DNA of 59,653 nt from Bacteroidales bacterium (GTDB lineage: Bacteria > Bacteroidota > Bacteroidia > Bacteroidales > VadinHA17), in the NCBI GenBank assembly GCA_035414025.1, contig DAONXX010000003.1:1-59653 (forward strand), read 5' to 3'. The notes below the pieces were generated by a model. The model searched no databases and was not told the DNA's origin. It was given only the letters and a program-made list of their open reading frames with translations. Shown here one piece after another: positions 1-6,680 of this stretch (positions within the stretch are counted from its first letter, which is position 1; every line of letters begins with the position of its first letter). The position numbers were made by a program, and so were the translations under genes.

Positions 1-128
1 GCTAATACTTTACATATCACTAAGTAACACCTCTAACAGATTGCGAAACAAATAAGCAAAAGACATTTTTGATACAAGCTCTCTATCTTATGTATTACGC
101 TGTTACTGATTTTTTATTATAAAAGAAT

Positions 129-2600
129 TTATCTCGACAGAATGTATTTCAGAGTCCTGATTCCATTAGATTGATGAAGAACAATCAGATACAGTCCTGC
201 CGGACATTCTGAAATATCAATTTTTATCTCCCTGCCTCCTTCTGAAATTCCTTGTCTTACAATTGATCCTGTTGAATTATATATGCTGTATTTAACAGGT
301 TGCGTATTTTCTCCTTCCATCTGACTGATAGTTAAATATCCTGCACCAGGATTAGGATAGATTACAGGAGACACAGATTCTGTATCGTCTATTCCGTCAA
401 TTACAGGTCCGATATGAAGATCCTCAATTGCCCATCCCCAGCCATTCGCATAAGGGTCTGAAAATAATCTGAATCTTATTATCATCGGCTCACCTGAGGA
501 AATATACGAGGAGACCCTTGGAAAAATAGTTCGTTTTACCATCATTGATCCCGTTCCAACAAATGTTGAATTGTTTCCCTCAATTGATCCGTTGTATGCC
601 GCTAGCCAGGAACTATTTATCCTGCTGTCGTATCCATCGACCAGCGGGAACCATGTTTTACCGTAATCCTTTGAACCTTCAATAATCACATAATCATAAA
701 AATATATTGACCAGAAATCATATCCATCTTCTCCGGGTTCAACAAGGACGAGCTCTTTGTAGCTTATTAACATTCCCTGGTCATCATATATGACAGGAGT
801 CCTTAACATTGCTGTATAACCTATACTGTCGCCTGTCTCTTCAGGGCTTTCATATGGATGGGGAGTGTGAAGTCCGTAATTAGTGAATCCTTTGGGCTTC
901 AGTATTTTCATGCCATCAAACAAGAAATCAGCCGATGCATTAAGAAAGTCCGTCGAATAAGAATACTCTGCTTCATTAATTTTCTCAATCGGAACTGTAA
1001 AGAACTCTCCTTCACAAGGGTATATTCTGCTGTTGGGGATCCGGGCTTTATCAATTGCAGTTATTCTGTAATTGAATTTATCCCCACCTTTTAGATTAAA
1101 AGACTCTGTTTTCAAGGCATTGCTAAAACTTTCCATGCCATCTGATTTAAGCCCGATAGAATGAAGTTCCCCTTCGTTAATTTTATATTCAAGAAAAACT
1201 GTATCGACTCCGATATTATCAGTGACATTCAACTCAAAAAATATCGTGTCGATAGTCTCAAAATAAAACATTTGCGGAGAATACTTAATTACTGGTTTTA
1301 CAGTATCGATACCAATATAAGTTGAATAATGAAATTCATCGATACAGGATGGCATCCTGTAAATCCTCGAAAAGTTATCTTCTGCAAAGAAATGGTAATC
1401 AAGGCTGCTGCCGTAATAAGGTATTGTAAGGGAAGTTGAATAATAATTATCACCAGTCGGTGATATAAGAAATACTGTATCACGGTCAGCAGGATCATCA
1501 TATCCGTTAAATGCATAAACAAGGCCTACCCTATCACGATTATAAATAGTATCTGATCTTATTTCAGCAGTAATAGTAATTTCTTCTAGTGATTCTTCGG
1601 TATCCTTAATCTCTTCATGAACAATCCTTGTATTTATCCAGCCCAGATCGCCAAGTATCGACATTGTCAATTTTCCAGGATCATGTATTGCTTCTCCAAG
1701 ATTTGAGAAAGGAGTCATAAGCTGGTCTACTTCAAGAGTTTCTTTTTCATCGAGATGAGAAATACTTGATCCCGGATCGAAAATTGCGGGTGCATGCAGT
1801 TTAGCTCTTTTTCCTGAAGTATAATTACTCAGCAGGGGGCCATTGAAATATAATTCCCTGCTTGTATACTGCTTATTTAATTCAGGTGAAGGGTTTTTGA
1901 AGTAAGTAGTATCTGTCAGCTTTTTACCATCCAGACTCTCAACGAACGTATCATAAATAATAGGAATGGAGTTAAACCCGTAGGAACCTGTCCATTTTCC
2001 TTTTACCATACTATCTACAAAACCCAGACCATGCATCAGTTCATGCAATACCACGGTTACCATATCGTATTTTGAGATTGGCGTAGCTCCATCCGTTCCG
2101 AAATACCAGGCAGCAGAACTGTTAAAGGTCAGTTCAATATCTTCTTCTCCTTCTCCGTTATAATCTTCCCCTGCAATTTTTTCAGCAAGAGCGATCGGGT
2201 AATAGGCATAGGGATTAAGGGCATTAATACCCCATCCGGCAAGAAATGACGTTGCTGAAGAATTAGCAAGCACACTCACATTTGTCATAGCCTTCCAGGT
2301 CGCCTTGATCTTTATTGAAGTACCTTCCGGCAATAAAGTTGCGAGTATTGAAACAGCATAGTTAAAAGCTGCTTTAGGCGCTTCAGGGAAATCAATATAA
2401 CTGACTGATATTAATGCCTTTTCATGATCACCTCCCTTCTGAAGGAATTGGTCCGGAGGAGGTATATATATCTTATTAACCTTATTGCTGGCATAAGATA
2501 CCGAATTTACCGGCAATAATATTCCGGGATCCCGCATATTAATTGCAGAAACACTATTGAGCATCAAGGTGCCCAGAAGAAACAGAATCAGTCTTTTCAT
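129..2600 (-). CDS. Secreted zinc-metallopeptidase-like protein with type IX secretion (T9SS) C-terminal sorting domain
   Basis: 823-aa ORF with an N-terminal signal peptide (MKRLILFLLGTLMLNSVSA). HExxH zinc motif VVLHELMHGLGF (HExxHxxGF, leishmanolysin/metzincin-like). The last ~80 aa (VIYPNPGAGYLTI...GLYLIVL...KYILSR) look like a Por/T9SS CTD. Confidence 0.75.
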   Translation of the reverse strand: MKRLILFLLGTLMLNSVSAINMRDPGILLPVNSVSYASNKVNKIYIPPPDQFLQKGGDHEKALISVSYIDFPEAPKAAFNYAVSILATLLPEGTSIKIKATWKAMTNVSVLANSSATSFLAGWGINALNPYAYYPIALAEKIAGEDYNGEGEEDIELTFNSSAAWYFGTDGATPISKYDMVTVVLHELMHGLGFVDSMVKGKWTGSYGFNSIPIIYDTFVESLDGKKLTDTTYFKNPSPELNKQYTSRELYFNGPLLSNYTSGKRAKLHAPAIFDPGSSISHLDEKETLEVDQLMTPFSNLGEAIHDPGKLTMSILGDLGWINTRIVHEEIKDTEESLEEITITAEIRSDTIYNRDRVGLVYAFNGYDDPADRDTVFLISPTGDNYYSTSLTIPYYGSSLDYHFFAEDNFSRIYRMPSCIDEFHYSTYIGIDTVKPVIKYSPQMFYFETIDTIFFELNVTDNIGVDTVFLEYKINEGELHSIGLKSDGMESFSNALKTESFNLKGGDKFNYRITAIDKARIPNSRIYPCEGEFFTVPIEKINEAEYSYSTDFLNASADFLFDGMKILKPKGFTNYGLHTPHPYESPEETGDSIGYTAMLRTPVIYDDQGMLISYKELVLVEPGEDGYDFWSIYFYDYVIIEGSKDYGKTWFPLVDGYDSRINSSWLAAYNGSIEGNNSTFVGTGSMMVKRTIFPRVSSYISSGEPMIIRFRLFSDPYANGWGWAIEDLHIGPVIDGIDDTESVSPVIYPNPGAGYLTISQMEGENTQPVKYSIYNSTGSIVRQGISEGGREIKIDISECPAGLYLIVLHQSNGIRTLKYILSR

Positions 2601-3115
2601 TAAGTAGCTGAACTAGCTTCAGTCTCTGCTTGTCCCCTGAGGCTCATAATATCCCTGTCGAACTGATACAGGTGATTTTTGGCACCCAGGTTAAGCTTAT
2701 CAATAATTGCCTGAACTGAAGACTCTTCCTCAACCTGCTCAGTAACGAACCACTGAAGGAAATTATGAGTATTGTAATCCTTTTCTTCCAGGGCAAGTTC
2801 AACCATTTCATTAATACTGGCAGTCACAAATTGTTCATGTTTAAGGACTTCCTTAAACATCTCATCAACACTATTATACGTTTCCGGCGGTTTTTCAAAC
2901 GAAGGAATCAGAGCTTTTCCTCCTCTTTCATTTATGTACTTTATAAACTTGAGCATATGCATCTTTTCTTCCTCTGCCTGGGCATACAACCATTGAGCAA
3001 CACCGGCAAGACCATTAGTTTCAGCCCATGAAGCCATTGCAAGGTAGAGATTAGATGAATAACCTTCTCTTTCTACCTGTCGGTTACAGATGTCTTCCAC
3101 TTTTTTCTTTAACAT
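2600..3115 (-). CDS. ftnA: Ferritin (non-haem, Ftn type)
   Basis: 171-aa ORF. Ferritin-like di-iron signature NRQVEREGYSSNLYLAMASW...EEEKMHMLKFIKYINERGG...EQVEEE. Its TAA stop overlaps the ATG of the downstream protease gene by 1 nt (TAATG). Confidence 0.9.
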   Translation of the reverse strand: MLKKKVEDICNRQVEREGYSSNLYLAMASWAETNGLAGVAQWLYAQAEEEKMHMLKFIKYINERGGKALIPSFEKPPETYNSVDEMFKEVLKHEQFVTASINEMVELALEEKDYNTHNFLQWFVTEQVEEESSVQAIIDKLNLGAKNHLYQFDRDIMSLRGQAETEASSAT

Positions 3116-3190
3116 AATTGTAGGTTTTAAAATTATTTCATTATAACAACTGTTCGTCGAATATGTTTAGTTATGAAACAAAACCATTAT

Positions 3191-4942
3191 CTAACTGATA
3201 TCCAGATTGAAAGTTTTTTTAAACTCTTTCAGTTCAGGATATTTTGACTGAAGATAATTATATTTCTGCTCATCTGTATACAATATTTCATTATCTTCAA
3301 TCTGATCCACAGATGTCTCGATTTCCAGGTTCCTGATTCTGAATCTGCTCAAAAGAAAATTGGAAAGATTTTGTTTATAATCCTGAACAAATATATCCTT
3401 TTGTGCAGCATTTGTAAGAAAGATCCTGATTGTATTATCTTCTTCAAGCTCCGTTTTTATTGATTTGAACATACTAATTATACGCGGCCCCTCATCTTTC
3501 AATTCATCAATGAATTCCTGCCAGGCAGTTGCAAGAGTATCAACAGTCAGATCAATTTTAGTTTCATCATCACTGGAGAGATTATCAGGAACTGAAGACA
3601 TCTTCTGGAGATTGATAGCCTGAGGCTCCTCCGCGTCTGATATTATCTCCCTGATAGAGAAAGATCTGATTTCTTTTTCCACATGCGGTTGATGTCTTGA
3701 AACAGAATCAGGATTCTTCGACGAAACTCTTCTTTCGGGATTTTCAGATTCCCTTACAATTTCTGATTTAGAAGGCGGAAGGATAGTATCATCATTTAAA
3801 TCCACCTGGGTTATCTCAGGCTTTTTTTTTTCCTGTTCACTGATGGAATCAGCAATAATCCTGTACATCTGGATTAATGCAAGTTCAACATGAAGACGGG
3901 GATTCTTGCTATTCTTATAGGTAATATCACAGTTACTTCCAATTTCAAGGGCTTTGTAAAGGAAACTTACCTGGCATTCCGATGCCTGTTCAGCATATCT
4001 TTGCCTTAAAGACGGAGTTGTTTCAAGCAGCTGCAATGTGGATTTGTCCTTACTGACAAGAAGATCGCGCAAATGACTGTTCAGTCCGGATATAAAATTA
4101 TGCCCATCGAAGCCTTTTTCAAGAATCTCATTAAATGTAACAAGAATAGTCGAAAGATCATTTCTCAGGGCACCTCTGACAATTTTAAAATAATATTCAC
4201 AATCAAGTACATTAAGATTCTCGATTACATCCTTGTAAGTTATTTTTTTACCACACAGGCTTACAATCTGGTCGAATATCGACAATGCATCTCTAAGTGC
4301 ACCATCAGCTTTCTGGGCAATTATGTGGAGAGCCTCTTCCTCTGCCAATACTGACTCGTTCTGAGCTACATAGAGAAGGCGCTTCACAATATCCTCTATT
4401 TTGATGCGGTTAAAATCAAAGATTTGGCATCTTGACAGAATAGTGGGAATAATCTTGTGTTTTTCGGTTGTTGCAAGGATAAAAATTGCATGAGCCGGAG
4501 GTTCTTCAAGCGTTTTCAGGAAAGCATTGAAAGCTGAAGAGGAAAGCATATGAACCTCATCGATTATATAAATACTGTATTTTCCAATCTGGGGAGGGAT
4601 CCTCACCTGTTCATTAAGGCTTCTTATATCTTCAACTTTATTATTTGATGCTGCATCAAGCTCATGGATATTAAAAGACCTCAAGGTGTTAAATGACTGG
4701 CATGACTCGCAGCTATCACAAGGATCTCCATTGTCCCTTAGGTTGAAGCAGTTTATTGTCTTTGCAAAAATCCTTGCGCATGTTGTCTTGCCAACCCCCC
4801 TTGGTCCGCAAAAAAGATAGGCCTGTGCAAGTAGATTACCTTTAATTGCATTTTTAAGAGTTTTTGTAATGGTGTCCTGGCCAACTACCATACTGAATGT
4901 GGCAGGACGATATTTGCGTGCTGAAACAATAAAATTTTCCAT
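3191..4942 (-). CDS. dnaX: DNA polymerase III subunit gamma/tau
   Basis: 583-aa ORF. Walker A GPRGVGKTT, zinc module CDSCESC, DEVHML box and SRC motif (ILSRCQ), followed by a low-complexity linker and a C-terminal tau-type region. Confidence 0.95.
   Translation of the reverse strand: MENFIVSARKYRPATFSMVVGQDTITKTLKNAIKGNLLAQAYLFCGPRGVGKTTCARIFAKTINCFNLRDNGDPCDSCESCQSFNTLRSFNIHELDAASNNKVEDIRSLNEQVRIPPQIGKYSIYIIDEVHMLSSSAFNAFLKTLEEPPAHAIFILATTEKHKIIPTILSRCQIFDFNRIKIEDIVKRLLYVAQNESVLAEEEALHIIAQKADGALRDALSIFDQIVSLCGKKITYKDVIENLNVLDCEYYFKIVRGALRNDLSTILVTFNEILEKGFDGHNFISGLNSHLRDLLVSKDKSTLQLLETTPSLRQRYAEQASECQVSFLYKALEIGSNCDITYKNSKNPRLHVELALIQMYRIIADSISEQEKKKPEITQVDLNDDTILPPSKSEIVRESENPERRVSSKNPDSVSRHQPHVEKEIRSFSIREIISDAEEPQAINLQKMSSVPDNLSSDDETKIDLTVDTLATAWQEFIDELKDEGPRIISMFKSIKTELEEDNTIRIFLTNAAQKDIFVQDYKQNLSNFLLSRFRIRNLEIETSVDQIEDNEILYTDEQKYNYLQSKYPELKEFKKTFNLDIS
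3811..3831 (-). other. Candidate programmed -1 frameshift / transcriptional slippage site in dnaX (A10 run, A AAA AAG)
   Basis: The minus strand reads GAA AAA AAA AAG CCT GAG ATA ACC. The -1 frame gives GCC TGA (stop at 3818..3816). The +1 frame gives AGC CTG AGA TAA (stop at 3813..3811). The site lies at codons ~372-374 of 583. Confidence 0.5.
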
Positions 4943-4977
4943 TCTCTATCCTAATGCAGCCTGATCGTTTTACTTTA

Positions 4978-4985
4978 CAAATATA
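4978..4985 (-). promoter_or_regulatory. Bacteroidota-type -7 promoter box (TATATTTG) upstream of dnaX
   Basis: Exact match to the TAnnTTTG consensus on the minus strand, ~35 nt upstream of the dnaX ATG. Confidence 0.45.
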
Positions 4986-5107
4986 GTTAAAAAGGCTTCT
5001 GTAAAAGAGTGCCGTCAAAAATTAGCCAAACAATTACAGGCAACTTGCCGACACCTGTTTAAGTGATAATTTTCAGGTGATTATTTTTGATTAAAGGAAA
5101 AAAGTTG

Positions 5108-5115
5108 TAGTTTTG
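5108..5115 (+). promoter_or_regulatory. Bacteroidota-type -7 promoter box (TAGTTTTG) upstream of rpsF
   Basis: Exact TAnnTTTG match 38 nt upstream of the rpsF ATG. Confidence 0.5.
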
Positions 5116-5152
5116 CGAGCCAAATTAATTTAATATTATATAATAAACTACT

Positions 5153-5506
5153 ATGTTGAACCATTACGAAACCGTTTTCATTGCAACTCCCGTTTTGTCT
5201 GAGAATCAGATGAAGGAAGCGGTACAAAAATTCAAGAAGGTCATCACCGAAAATGAAGGTGAGATCATTCATGAAGAGAACTGGGGCCTAAAGAAGTTGG
5301 CCTATCCTATTCAAAAAAAATCGACAGGTTTTTATTACCTGATAGAATTTAAAGGCGAAGGAAGCCTTATTGAAAAGCTGGAAGTCCAGTATCGCCGTGA
5401 TGAGAGAATCATCAGGTTTCTTACGTTCCGTATGGAGAAATATGCAGTTGAATATGCGGAAAAAAAGAGAAGACAAAAAGAATTAGAAAAAATAAAGGAG
5501 GAATAA
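5153..5506 (+). CDS. rpsF: 30S ribosomal protein S6
   Basis: 117-aa ORF starting [10 protein letters not shown]...[12 protein letters not shown], first gene of the rpsF-rpsR-rplI order. Confidence 0.95.
   Translation: MLNHYETVFIATPVLSENQMKEAVQKFKKVITENEGEIIHEENWGLKKLAYPIQKKSTGFYYLIEFKGEGSLIEKLEVQYRRDERIIRFLTFRMEKYAVEYAEKKRRQKELEKIKEE
5496..5501 (+). promoter_or_regulatory. Shine-Dalgarno AGGAGG for rpsR
   Basis: Perfect AGGAGG exactly 8 nt upstream of the rpsR ATG, embedded in the last rpsF codons. Confidence 0.6.
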
Positions 5507-5509
5507 GAA

Positions 5510-5779
5510 ATGGCACAGAATGAATCAGAAATCCGATACTTAACGCCTCCGACTGTCGAGATAAAAAAGAAGAAATACTGTCGGTTCAAGAAAAACAAGA
5601 TCAAATACATCGATTATAAGGATCCGGAATTCCTGAAAAAGTTTCTGAATGATCAGGGCAAGATACTGCCCCGGAGGATTACCGGCACATCGCTCAAATA
5701 CCAGAGAAAAGTGGCAAAAGCTGTAAAAAGAGCCAGGCATATTGCACTTCTGCCTTACGTAACTGACTTGTTAAAATAG
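5510..5779 (+). CDS. rpsR: 30S ribosomal protein S18
   Basis: 89-aa ORF with the S18 signature [27 protein letters not shown]...[21 protein letters not shown]. Confidence 0.95.
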   Translation: MAQNESEIRYLTPPTVEIKKKKYCRFKKNKIKYIDYKDPEFLKKFLNDQGKILPRRITGTSLKYQRKVAKAVKRARHIALLPYVTDLLK

Positions 5780-5783
5780 GAGG
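5778..5783 (+). promoter_or_regulatory. Shine-Dalgarno AGGAGG for rplI
   Basis: Perfect AGGAGG overlapping the rpsR stop codon, exactly 8 nt upstream of the rplI ATG. Confidence 0.6.
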
Positions 5784-5791
5784 ACATTAAA

Positions 5792-6238
5792 ATGGATGTG
5801 ATATTATTACAGGATGTTCCAAAACTTGGACAAAAGGATGACATGGTGAATGTAAAAAACGGCTATGGCAGGAATTATTTGATACCTAAAGGATATGCAA
5901 TTGCAGCAACACCTTCTGCAAAGAAGATGCATGCGGAGAATATGAAGCAAAGAGCGCATAAAGAAGAAAAAATCAAAGCCGAAGCTATAGAGCTGGCTGA
6001 AAAGATGACAGGTCTGAAGCTTGTTGTCGGTGCAAAAACAAGTACTTCCGGAAAAATATTTGGTTCAGTTAATACAATTCAGTTAGCTGAAGCGCTGATG
6101 GAAAAAGGTTTTGAAATAGACAGAAAAAATATTACCCTTCCTGAAGACCAGATAAAAGAGATCGGAAACTATACAGCTGTTGTTAAATTACACAGGGAAG
6201 TAAAAGTTGATATCGATTTTGAAATAATTGCTGAATAA
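5792..6238 (+). CDS. rplI: 50S ribosomal protein L9
   Basis: 148-aa ORF starting MDVILLQDVPKLGQKDDMVNVKNGYGRNYLIPKG, a typical L9 N-terminus. Confidence 0.95.
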   Translation: MDVILLQDVPKLGQKDDMVNVKNGYGRNYLIPKGYAIAATPSAKKMHAENMKQRAHKEEKIKAEAIELAEKMTGLKLVVGAKTSTSGKIFGSVNTIQLAEALMEKGFEIDRKNITLPEDQIKEIGNYTAVVKLHREVKVDIDFEIIAE

Positions 6239-6265
6239 CTTCTTTTTCTTCCTAAAAAATAAGAG

Positions 6266-6298
6266 AGGGTGCCGTAAAAACAGCACCCTTTTTATTTT
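6266..6298. terminator. Bidirectional intrinsic terminator between rplI and the RidA gene
   Basis: 7-bp GC-rich stem AGGGTGC/GCACCCT with a 10-nt loop. It is followed by TTTTTATTTT on the plus strand and by a T-rich tract on the minus strand. Confidence 0.7.
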
Positions 6299-6669
6299 AC
6301 TGCTATAGTCTCAATTTCAATAAGTGCTCCCAATGGCAGCTCTTTAACAGCGAATGCAACCCTGGCCGGCTGATTCTCAAAAAAATATTGCCCGTATACT
6401 TCATTCATAGCTTTAAAATTTGCCATATCTGTGAGTAAACATGTAGACTTTACTACTTCCACGAAACTATAGCCGGCAGCTATAAGTATTGCCTCGATAT
6501 TCTTCATTACCTGTTGTGTCTGCACTTTAATATCTCCCTCTACAAGCTTTCCTGTTACCGGATCAATAGCCACCTGTCCTGATATATAAAGTGTACCGTT
6601 AATCTCTACAGCCTGGCTGTAAGGACCAATAGCTGCAGGGGCAGAATCTGTTTTTACAATCCTTTTCAT
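6292..6669 (-). CDS. ridA: RidA family protein (reactive enamine/imine deaminase, YjgF/L-PSP)
   Basis: 125-aa ORF containing APAAIGPYSQAV...LYISGQ...ARVAFAVKELPLGALIEIE. Confidence 0.9.
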   Translation of the reverse strand: MKRIVKTDSAPAAIGPYSQAVEINGTLYISGQVAIDPVTGKLVEGDIKVQTQQVMKNIEAILIAAGYSFVEVVKSTCLLTDMANFKAMNEVYGQYFFENQPARVAFAVKELPLGALIEIETIAVK

Positions 6670-6680
6670 ATATAAATGCT

